This document shows, piece after piece, positions 1-9,317 of a stretch of 64,000 nt of DNA. Within the stretch, counting starts at the first letter, position 1. Every line of letters starts with the position of its first letter. The notes beneath the pieces were generated by a model, which made no database searches, was not told the DNA's origin, and worked only from the letters and a program-made list of their open reading frames with translations. Source of the DNA: a virus. The stretch spans positions 1 through 64,000 of the IMG/VR virus record IMGVR_UViG_3300044922_000290. The stretch is one strand, 5' to 3'. The translations under genes were made by a program, and so were the position numbers.

Positions 1-2
1 AT

Positions 3-3000
3 ACTCCCACAGCTTTAGATGCTGTTAAAACTATACCAGAAGGTATACAACAAAAACCAGGTGAGAAAAATAAAGTTGGTAATAGATACTTAGTATTACT
101 TGAAAATGGTAATTGGGCTGTACTTGAGCATAAAGAATTAACTTTAGCTGAATTTGAAACCGTATTTAAAGAACTTCTTGACCTACAAAAAAGAATTAAA
201 GAAGGTGAAAAAGTAGATAATGATACTTTAAATGAAATAAACGATAAAGTACAACAAGCTTATTATGTAGCTCAGGGAGAGCCTACAAAAGATTACCTTG
301 TAGCAAGACTATCAACTAAAGGTACATTTACTATACGAAATATAAACTATACTACAGGTAAAGAAAGTGGCAAACCTATTAAATCTGGTATACAAAAAAT
401 AGAAACTGTATATAACACTCTGTCTAAAGAAGGTACTATAAAAGGTAATGAAGAATCATTACGTTTAAAAGTAGGATTTAAAAATTCAGGGTTAAAAGTA
501 AACTACAACAATGCTATACCTGAAGCAGCTCAACCAAAAGAAGCTGTAACTTCCGTAGAAGTAGAAGATAAAATAGCTGAATTAAGAGCTAAAGAAGAAG
601 TAGAAGTTAAAAAGATTATACCTAACATAGATGATTATAAAGTTGGTGGTGTAATTAATAAAGATAAGGTATTAGAGGGTATAGAAGAAAGGAAGAAAGC
701 AGAATTAAAAAAAGCTGAAAGTACTACTACAGAAATTGTAGAAGAAACTGAACCTAATGGAAAAAAAGTATTTTTAGGCACTCCTTCAAAAGATGGCTAC
801 TTTATAAATAAAAATGTTAAAACTAAGTTTGATGAAGAAGAAAATGTTTATGAATTTATACTAACAAGTGATACAACTGCTAAGTTTAAAGTACATTCTC
901 ATCCAGAAGCGGTTAAATCAGCCCTTAAGTTTCCTGATAAAACTATTGACACAGTAAGTACTTCACTAAATGGATTTACTCCATCAGCTAATGGTATAAG
1001 AACTGTAAAATATGGGGAAGCTGTATTAGAAGGAGATAAATGGGTAGTTAAAAATAAAGCAGAAATTGAATACACAGGAGGTAATACTAAACCTGCTCAA
1101 GCTACATCAGGAACTTCTGTAGAAGCTACAAAAGCTGTAGAAGCTAAATACAAAGCCCAAGCAGATGCTTACAATGAAATATATGATAGGTATGATAAGC
1201 TAATAACAGGAGCTGCTAAAGGTACTTCTACTGAAACTAAAGCTACTGTAACCATACCTATTTTAACGACAGTTAAAGTTGATTTAGCTTCTTTAAGTAT
1301 AGATGAACTTAATAATGTAGCTAAGCAGCTTAGACAAAAAGCAGTTGATGCAAGACAAGCAGAAAAAGAAGGTAAAACTGTATTAGGAGGAAGTGTTTCT
1401 GTAGAAAGTGACTATCAGGCAGTTAAAAAATATATTGCGGAACTAGCTGCTTTAGAAACTAAAACAGAAGAAATAATTTCTACAACTCCTGAACAACTTA
1501 AAAAAGATGTTGCAGCTCTTTTAAACAAAGCTTTACAAGAATTAAAAGAAGCTAATGCTACTGGAAAGAATTTTATTTTAGGATTTCATGGTGGTAGAAC
1601 ATTTGATAAAGCAGATAGAACTAAACAATATACAGGAGAATTTAGAGACCCTGAAGTTAAAAGGGTAGCAGAATCAGCAGGGGCTAGATATGAAGGAGAA
1701 ATGTTATTCTTCACTGAAGATCTATCAGAAGAAGGTAATAAATTTACTTATGAAACAGCAATTCGTAGTGCTACTGCGTATGCTATTAAATATGGAGATG
1801 ATGCTCCCTCAATTCAAGCTTACTTAATACCTTTAAATGAAACACAGTTTGCAAATAAAGGGTTAGGAGAAGTTGGTGTTACTTATGATGATATTGAAGC
1901 TGATAGAATTAGAAAAATAGGTAGTGTAGATTTTACAAGAAAAATAGTTACAAAAGATACTACAGAAGCTCCTGTTACTGAACAACCCACCAGTGTAAGA
2001 GAAAGACGTAAAAATAAAAGCAATGAAATAAATAATGATATAAATGCAGAAGGGCCTTTTAAAGTAAGTGAACTACCCGCTGAAACAAAAATTAAATTTG
2101 AAGAGGCTTTAGCATATTTACGAAGTATATTACCTTTTGAAGTAGGAGATATTGATGCTATTGCTGATAGATTAACTAACAATGGTATTACTTTTGGTGC
2201 ATTTATAGATAATGTAATATATCTTAATAAGGCTGCTGAAGCAGGCACAGAATACCACGAAGCATTTCATGGTGTAATGAGTTTATTTAGCACAGAAGAA
2301 AGAGCAAAGTACCTAGAAGTAGCTAAGAAAGAACATAAAATTACTGACAAGGCAAGGGCAGAATTTGTTTTACAACGTCCTGTATACCAAAACTTATCCA
2401 AAGAAGCCTTAGATAAAGTAATGCTAGAAGAATATCTAGCTGATAAGTTTATGGCTTGGAAACAAGGTAAAAAAGAGCCTAATGGTTTTTTTGCCAAAAT
2501 GTTTGATAAAATCAAGAAATTTTTTGATGGTATAAAAGATTACTTTGGAGGTAACCTTGATTCTTTATTCCATAGAATAGATAGCGGTAAATACAAACAT
2601 AGAACTATAGGTGGAAACAAATTACCTATGTTTATGGCTTTGCCTTATAATACTGAAAAAATAAAAGGTACTGACGAAAAGATTATAAAAAAATTAAACA
2701 GTACAGAAGAGTCTGATTTAATTAATACTATAAGAGTTGAAGTAGGCGAACTTATTACAGAAAGTCTGGCTAGTAAAGATGTTTACACAATTAAACAAGC
2801 TTTTGATAAAGTACTTGAGATGCGTGATAATCTTTATTTAGATAAAGCTGATGAGTTATCTGAAGAAGAAGGTGATGAGTATTATCAAAAAAATTCAGGC
2901 TTATTTAAAATAACTGGTGTTAAAGAAGCTGTATTTGAAAAAGTAAAATCACAAATACAATTCTTACTTTCTGTAGATGAAGAAATTGCTGAACGTATTT

Positions 3001-6000
3001 TAAGTAAAGAAGAAGAAGAGGATTTAAGAAACTATGAAGCATCTGCTTTACAGAATACAGGTATAAGCAGTATGACACAGTATGTAAGAATACTTATTGC
3101 TACTGCACACATAAATGCAATAGATAAATATGGTGTGCCTTATAAGAAAGGTATTAATCCTTCTACTATATACAATAGCATTAGCAGGACACTACTAAAT
3201 ACAGCGCCTGAAAACTTTATGAGAAAGCTTGAAATTTTCTCAGAATACAATCCTGAAGTAAAAATATTTACTGATTACTTAAAAGATAAATTAAACTGGA
3301 ATAATGAAACTAACAATCCAGGATTAAATAATGATGGAGAATTAAAAAATGAACATATATGGAATGCCTTTAAAAAAGCCTTTCATAAATTTAAGGTAGA
3401 GTCTATGATGACTAGGTTATCTTCAAACGGTGAAACTAAAGTAAGTAGTAGTAATGCTAAAGACGTAGATACACAGCAAATAGAAAGATGGCAAATAGGT
3501 TATAGAAACTTTATAGAAAAGAACTTTACTAAATTAAATATTGCAGATTTTATTTACTTTAATGCAACTTCTCCAATTACTGATGAACAACTTGAAGAGG
3601 AATCAAAAAAAGCAAAAGCAACATTAGATAGTATAGGTATAAAACTATCTCCTTTATATTTACAATACTCTTTACTTGTAACAAAGAAAGAACGTACTGA
3701 TAAACAACAGGAGCTAATGGATTTGTATGAAAACTTCTACGGATTAAATGGAAGTGATGGTAAGTTTTTAAAAGAGCTTATAACAGATTTTATAAATACA
3801 GGACTTAATCCTTTTACCAAAGGAGATGAAGGTATGATGGCTAGGTTAAAAGCTCTAGCTATGGAAAATGCTTCATTTGATGAAACAGCAGGTAGCTCTA
3901 CTTTTCAAGCTGCTGATGGAGAACTTAGGGGAGATACTTCTTTAGGTTCATTCTTCTTAAAAAGAGTAGCACAACTACAAAAACCTGAAGCAAGGGCAGA
4001 AGATTTAGAAGAATTTACCAGATTCTACGCTAATCAAGAAGATGAATGGATGATTCCACTACATCATTTAGCTACTTTAGATAATCCTTTATATGAGCAT
4101 GCTGAAACATTTGATAAAAAGTTTGTATTTACAAACATTGATGGTATAAGAGCAACAGAATATGATGAGCAGGGCAATGAGATAAATAAACAAGAAGGTA
4201 CTGTATTTAAAAATATGGTTCCTTTGGAAAAACTACTTACTTTCATGTCTTTGTATTCTACTACAAAAGTAAAAACTACAAAAGAAGGAAAGAAAATAAA
4301 CTATGCCTACTATTACCCCCAAGTAATAGAAGCTGCAAGTACAGGTTATGCAATATTACTTCCTGTAAAACCTTATTATGATAAAGGATATAAACCTGCA
4401 TTTTACCAAGCATTACTAAGTTTTGTAAAGAATGAGCATGCACGTATTAAGTATGTACAAGAAAATAAAGATTTGCCTTCAATAAGAAACTTTAATGTTG
4501 GAGAAAAGAACGGATTAAAATTCTTTGAAAACTCTTGGATTTCACCTGAATTATCTGAAAAGCTAATAGCTTTAAATTCTGTAGATGAAATGTCTGTAGA
4601 GTTAAAGAAAGAGTTAAAAGATAACATTGATCAATTTGTACAACAAGACTACTTACTTACTGTAGATACATTAGTAAGAGAAGGAGCAATAATTGAAGTA
4701 GAAGGAGAATTTTACACAAGACTATTGCCAGAAGCTTTTAGAACTGATAAAAAAATAACAAAAGACGAAAAGACCTATCAAAAAGTAAATACAGAAAAGA
4801 TAAGGTCAATGCAGGCTAACTACCTCATTAATGGGCAAGCTTTTAATACTTTATTGCATGGAGACTTGGCTTACAAAATTAAAAGTCCTGAAGACCATGT
4901 AAAAAGGTTAAAAGGGGCACATGGAGCTTTAACTTCTTTATACGGAAGGCAAATAAAATTTAAAGTTATTCCTGACATAAAAAAAGATAAAAGAAAAATA
5001 GTAGTTGATGGGTTACCTAAATTTGTAGAAGTTACAGAAGCAGAAAAAGCAGAAGCAAGAGAAAAAATTATAGCAGGCAACCCTAATTTATCTGAAAAAG
5101 AGATAGTAAAGAAAATAAAAGAAAAACTTGAACTTGATGAACATAACCTTGCAGATGCACAGGCGTATACTACTTTAGACTTTCAAATTGCTCGTTTAAA
5201 AGAATTAGGTAAAACTTCACCTGCAATAGTTAAGATACTTGAAAAAGTAAGGAATGGTGTAGAAATTACAAGGAAAGAGCTTGAATTACTAGAAGGAGCT
5301 GACTCTTTACTTAATCCTAAAAAAGACTTAGCTTATGCACTTAACGCTAATTTAAAGATGTCTGTCCTTACACTAACTAGAGAACTTGTTTCATACAAAT
5401 CTAAAGGAGAGTGGCTTGCTATACCAGGGCGTGAAAAAGAGCATAAGATACTAAATGATATGGTAAAGAATACCATAGATTTAGTAGCCCATGAATCTGC
5501 AAGTAAAGGCACTACAATCATAGATGAAGTAAGAACTTTAAATGGGGAATACTATGGTGAGCAAGTATTAACTAAAGGAGTTAAACAGAAAATAACTGAT
5601 GGTACACAACAGCTAGCTTTAATTTGGTCAGAATTACCACAAGAACTTGAAAGCCTTGTAGAAAAACTAGACGAGGCTGAACAAAACAGGGTAATACAAT
5701 CAACAGAGTTTGCACTTTCTTTACTTAAAGAAAAAGATGAAACAACTCTTAAAAAAGTTTTACCTAACTGGTATAATAGTTTAGTATCTACAGGGGCTTC
5801 TCCACAATTATTAGAAATATTTAAACCTAATGCTGCTGGAGAACCTACATTAAATCCTAACATATCTATATCTGTAGCTAAATTTACTGCAATGTACTTA
5901 GCCCATTGGTCTAATCACGCTTTAAAACAAAAAGTTGCAGGCTCTAAATTTACTCTTGTAACTCCATTTAATGTAATGGTAGATAAAGATGATAATGTAG

Positions 6001-9000
6001 TAAGAGTAGATCAGTTTAAATCAGGTGCAAAATATACTAAACCAAGACCTCTGGCTTACAACAAAAGAGGTAAACTAAATGGTAGAGAAATAGTTTATTC
6101 AGAGTGTATTGTATCTGCTTATTACAAAGAATTGTATAATCTAAAAGAAGGTGATGAAATACCTGAAGATTTGGCTTATATGATGGGTTATCGTATTCCT
6201 ACAGAAGATAAAGCCTCTATGGGCGTACTTAAAGTAGTAGATTTCTTACCTGCAATATATGGTAATGCCATAATGATTCCTGAAGAATTGCAATACCTTT
6301 CAGGTGCTGACTTTGATATTGACTCTCTGTTTGTACAAAAATATGATATATACGAAAAAGATGGTAAGTTCTACAAATATGGTAGTGCCACAACTACTGA
6401 AGGTCAATTTGAAGAGTTTTTAAATTATGTAAAAGATGAGACTGATGTAGTTGATTACCAAAAAACTTTGTTAGAAGCTAACGAAGAATACCAAGATCTT
6501 TTAAAACAAGAAAAGGAACTACAAAAATTAATAGAAGCTAGGAATGAAAATATTGCAGAGTTAGACGAAAAACTAAGGGAGGCAAATGATTTTATACCTC
6601 TATCTTTATATGAAGAATCTGAAAAAGAGATTACAAGGTCTTGGGTACTCCCCGCAAAATCTAAAGAAATAGCTGAACAAAAAAGCTTAATAGAACAAGC
6701 AAAAGAAATACAACAAAGAAAGCAAGAAATAAAAGCTAATAAACTAGCAAGTGCCTTACGTTATTATGAATTACCTGCAAGTAAAACTGCTTGGGCAGCT
6801 GCTGTAAAAGAAGGTAAATATCCTGATGGTAAATTTAAAGCTGTTCTTAATAACGATTTGCTTACTTACAAATTAGAAATGTTAGGTAATGAAAAAGTAC
6901 AAAATACTTTGGCTTCTGAAAAAACATCTAACGAACCTTTATTAAAGCTACAAGAAACGCTAGCAATGCAATTTCCTGCTACATTTGATAGTGGTAAACA
7001 ATCATTAGGATTCTTTAGCTTTAATGATTTAGCAGTAGCTATGGCTAATAATGATGCAGGTTCTGATGGTATTGGCCCAGCAGCTGTATTTAATGTACTA
7101 TACCAATACTTAGCTAAACAAGGTGTAGGTATAAAAGATGCTCAAAGATTTGCAATAAAAGAAGGCTTTACTGTAAGAAAATATTATCAATTTAAAGGGT
7201 TTTCTTTTAAAAAGGACGGGGTATATAGAAATGCTGAAAACAAAAGGATTGTAAAAACCATTTCAGCAATCATTTCAGCAATGACTGATAATGCTAAAGA
7301 ACCTATTGCAGCAAAGTTAAATCTTAACTTAGAAACATTAGGGCCTGTACTTGTAATGTTAGGAACTGGTGTAAAACTAAGCACAGCTATAAAAATAGCA
7401 AACTCACCTAAAGTAAAACAACTATCGCAAGAAATACTACAAAGTAAGTCTAACTTTTCTGATGTATCTGCGTATAGTATTGTGCAGAATGCAAAAGCAG
7501 AAGTGGCTGATGTAGATTTTACACAAGAAACCACAGTATTAGACGAAGAGTTGCTAGACCTTTTATTAAAAGATGGAGAAGATATTGGAACAACATCTGA
7601 TATTGCATTAAAATTGTATTTAAATGCACGAGAAATATCAGAAGATATATTAAAAGGGCGTGATATACTTTCTCTACGCAAAGGTGTACCTGCTACTTTT
7701 GGTGAAGTAGATAAAATAATAACTTCTTTAAATAAACTAAGAGATGGAAAAACTCCTGCAACACTAGGATTAAGTAGATTACTAGACGTTAAACCTATTG
7801 AAGCCTTAACCAAAGCACTTGAAGATTTAAATAGTGTTGCACAACAGTTATTTACAATGCAACACCCATATATTAAAGAAACCTTTAATGTGGTAAAACA
7901 AGAAGTTAAAAGGTCAGAAAGTAAAGATGTATCAAATAAGATATATAGCGATTTAAGTTCTTTTATGAGTTTGTCAATTTTTAGAAAATACTTAGAAGAC
8001 TATGTTCCATCTAAAAAGAATGAAGTTAAATTTATAGAAACATTTAAAGAAGTATTTACAGAAGATGTTTTGTTTGAAAAAACATTACTAGAAGAAGTAG
8101 AAGATTTAAAAAAGAATGCTAAAAAGTATAATTTACAGAACAATAGGTTTTTAAAATATCTATCTACTGAATCAAGGTTAATAAAAAGAACTGTAGATAA
8201 AATAGAAGGTAATACACGCCAGTTAAGAGATTCGGATTACCAATTAGAACTTATTAATGGCTTTGATGATTTATACGCAAATCCTTTAACAAGAAAAACA
8301 GCTGTAAAACTATTTGCTTACATACTACTTAAAGATGGTGCTAGATATAGAAATGCTTCATTCCAATCTGAGATACCTTCTTACATGTTTAAGATATACT
8401 CAAACGCTTTAGATGCGTTTAGAAGTAATCCTAGTATGGTTGATGTAGTTAAACTTGGAAATGAATTTATAAAGTTATATAGTTTAAACCTGGATAACAG
8501 AAAAAGCCTGTATAAAATATCAAAAAGTAATCCTCTATTAGGTAAGGGTAAAAAAGATGGTTCATTCAAAGAAGAAGCAGGACAAGTAGCTATATCAAGG
8601 ATAGAAAATAGTGTGTTCCCAGAAATAGCTGCTGCTTATAACTTTGAATATAATTCAAAAGATGATGTATATAAACCTGTACCTTTCTTAATGGTTGGTA
8701 ATAATTTAAAGGTTATTTCAGAAATAAATGGAAAAGCTGTAACTAATTTATCTGATTTACGTGAAGGAGATAATTTTGTATATAAAGCTGCAAAAGATGT
8801 ATTTGGTATATACAGCCTTACCCCTTCAAAAAGAGGTATATCAGGTTATAGTTTCCCTTTAGAAAAAGCAATAGATTTATTTGGAGCTAAAGTTACAGAA
8901 GCAAAAGAAGAAGAAGAAGCTGAAAGTAGCGCAGGAATATCATTAGAAGAATTTTTACAGGCTAATAATTACTCTGATTTTAAAGAACCTGCTCCTGCTG

Positions 9001-9317
9001 AAAGAATAGTAACTGAGGCAGAATATAAGGAAATAAAAGCTGCTGAACCTGTTACTCCACCAACTGTAAAAGCTGCTCCTAAAGTTACCTCTGTATCAGA
9101 ACAGCTTAAAGAATGGGGTGTTACTTTTATAGAAGGAGTGGATCCATCTGGATTATTTCCTATGACAAAAGTAGAGTTTAATAAAAACACAGATCAGAGA
9201 GTAAAAGATATAGTAAATAGAAATTTAGATAGTGGTATTCTCTCACAAAGTGCTATCTTAGCAGATATTTTAAAAGCAGGAAAAACAGAAACACTTAAAA
9301 AAGCAATAGAATGTTAA
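3..9317 (+). CDS. Giant virion-associated DNA-dependent RNA polymerase / polyvalent ejection protein (5'-partial, >3100 aa)
   Basis: I translated 3-1700 by hand: the frame of the 1701 ORF is open with no stop, so the gene starts upstream of the window. Catalytic GADFDIDSLF (DFDID at 6309-6323) is preceded by YRIPTEDKASM, as in crAss-like two-barrel RNAPs. A zincin HEAFH motif lies at about 2256-2270. Confidence 0.92.
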   Translation, partial: TPTALDAVKTIPEGIQQKPGEKNKVGNRYLVLLENGNWAVLEHKELTLAEFETVFKELLDLQKRIKEGEKVDNDTLNEINDKVQQAYYVAQGEPTKDYLVARLSTKGTFTIRNINYTTGKESGKPIKSGIQKIETVYNTLSKEGTIKGNEESLRLKVGFKNSGLKVNYNNAIPEAAQPKEAVTSVEVEDKIAELRAKEEVEVKKIIPNIDDYKVGGVINKDKVLEGIEERKKAELKKAESTTTEIVEETEPNGKKVFLGTPSKDGYFINKNVKTKFDEEENVYEFILTSDTTAKFKVHSHPEAVKSALKFPDKTIDTVSTSLNGFTPSANGIRTVKYGEAVLEGDKWVVKNKAEIEYTGGNTKPAQATSGTSVEATKAVEAKYKAQADAYNEIYDRYDKLITGAAKGTSTETKATVTIPILTTVKVDLASLSIDELNNVAKQLRQKAVDARQAEKEGKTVLGGSVSVESDYQAVKKYIAELAALETKTEEIISTTPEQLKKDVAALLNKALQELKEANATGKNFILGFHGGRTFDKADRTKQYTGEFRDPEVKRVAESAGARYEGEMLFFTEDLSEEGNKFTYETAIRSATAYAIKYGDDAPSIQAYLIPLNETQFANKGLGEVGVTYDDIEADRIRKIGSVDFTRKIVTKDTTEAPVTEQPTSVRERRKNKSNEINNDINAEGPFKVSELPAETKIKFEEALAYLRSILPFEVGDIDAIADRLTNNGITFGAFIDNVIYLNKAAEAGTEYHEAFHGVMSLFSTEERAKYLEVAKKEHKITDKARAEFVLQRPVYQNLSKEALDKVMLEEYLADKFMAWKQGKKEPNGFFAKMFDKIKKFFDGIKDYFGGNLDSLFHRIDSGKYKHRTIGGNKLPMFMALPYNTEKIKGTDEKIIKKLNSTEESDLINTIRVEVGELITESLASKDVYTIKQAFDKVLEMRDNLYLDKADELSEEEGDEYYQKNSGLFKITGVKEAVFEKVKSQIQFLLSVDEEIAERILSKEEEEDLRNYEASALQNTGISSMTQYVRILIATAHINAIDKYGVPYKKGINPSTIYNSISRTLLNTAPENFMRKLEIFSEYNPEVKIFTDYLKDKLNWNNETNNPGLNNDGELKNEHIWNAFKKAFHKFKVESMMTRLSSNGETKVSSSNAKDVDTQQIERWQIGYRNFIEKNFTKLNIADFIYFNATSPITDEQLEEESKKAKATLDSIGIKLSPLYLQYSLLVTKKERTDKQQELMDLYENFYGLNGSDGKFLKELITDFINTGLNPFTKGDEGMMARLKALAMENASFDETAGSSTFQAADGELRGDTSLGSFFLKRVAQLQKPEARAEDLEEFTRFYANQEDEWMIPLHHLATLDNPLYEHAETFDKKFVFTNIDGIRATEYDEQGNEINKQEGTVFKNMVPLEKLLTFMSLYSTTKVKTTKEGKKINYAYYYPQVIEAASTGYAILLPVKPYYDKGYKPAFYQALLSFVKNEHARIKYVQENKDLPSIRNFNVGEKNGLKFFENSWISPELSEKLIALNSVDEMSVELKKELKDNIDQFVQQDYLLTVDTLVREGAIIEVEGEFYTRLLPEAFRTDKKITKDEKTYQKVNTEKIRSMQANYLINGQAFNTLLHGDLAYKIKSPEDHVKRLKGAHGALTSLYGRQIKFKVIPDIKKDKRKIVVDGLPKFVEVTEAEKAEAREKIIAGNPNLSEKEIVKKIKEKLELDEHNLADAQAYTTLDFQIARLKELGKTSPAIVKILEKVRNGVEITRKELELLEGADSLLNPKKDLAYALNANLKMSVLTLTRELVSYKSKGEWLAIPGREKEHKILNDMVKNTIDLVAHESASKGTTIIDEVRTLNGEYYGEQVLTKGVKQKITDGTQQLALIWSELPQELESLVEKLDEAEQNRVIQSTEFALSLLKEKDETTLKKVLPNWYNSLVSTGASPQLLEIFKPNAAGEPTLNPNISISVAKFTAMYLAHWSNHALKQKVAGSKFTLVTPFNVMVDKDDNVVRVDQFKSGAKYTKPRPLAYNKRGKLNGREIVYSECIVSAYYKELYNLKEGDEIPEDLAYMMGYRIPTEDKASMGVLKVVDFLPAIYGNAIMIPEELQYLSGADFDIDSLFVQKYDIYEKDGKFYKYGSATTTEGQFEEFLNYVKDETDVVDYQKTLLEANEEYQDLLKQEKELQKLIEARNENIAELDEKLREANDFIPLSLYEESEKEITRSWVLPAKSKEIAEQKSLIEQAKEIQQRKQEIKANKLASALRYYELPASKTAWAAAVKEGKYPDGKFKAVLNNDLLTYKLEMLGNEKVQNTLASEKTSNEPLLKLQETLAMQFPATFDSGKQSLGFFSFNDLAVAMANNDAGSDGIGPAAVFNVLYQYLAKQGVGIKDAQRFAIKEGFTVRKYYQFKGFSFKKDGVYRNAENKRIVKTISAIISAMTDNAKEPIAAKLNLNLETLGPVLVMLGTGVKLSTAIKIANSPKVKQLSQEILQSKSNFSDVSAYSIVQNAKAEVADVDFTQETTVLDEELLDLLLKDGEDIGTTSDIALKLYLNAREISEDILKGRDILSLRKGVPATFGEVDKIITSLNKLRDGKTPATLGLSRLLDVKPIEALTKALEDLNSVAQQLFTMQHPYIKETFNVVKQEVKRSESKDVSNKIYSDLSSFMSLSIFRKYLEDYVPSKKNEVKFIETFKEVFTEDVLFEKTLLEEVEDLKKNAKKYNLQNNRFLKYLSTESRLIKRTVDKIEGNTRQLRDSDYQLELINGFDDLYANPLTRKTAVKLFAYILLKDGARYRNASFQSEIPSYMFKIYSNALDAFRSNPSMVDVVKLGNEFIKLYSLNLDNRKSLYKISKSNPLLGKGKKDGSFKEEAGQVAISRIENSVFPEIAAAYNFEYNSKDDVYKPVPFLMVGNNLKVISEINGKAVTNLSDLREGDNFVYKAAKDVFGIYSLTPSKRGISGYSFPLEKAIDLFGAKVTEAKEEEEAESSAGISLEEFLQANNYSDFKEPAPAERIVTEAEYKEIKAAEPVTPPTVKAAPKVTSVSEQLKEWGVTFIEGVDPSGLFPMTKVEFNKNTDQRVKDIVNRNLDSGILSQSAILADILKAGKTETLKKAIEC

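Noticed and set aside
1701-1703. ATG at 1701 as the RNAP start
   Set aside because: The frame is open from position 3; the gene begins before the window.
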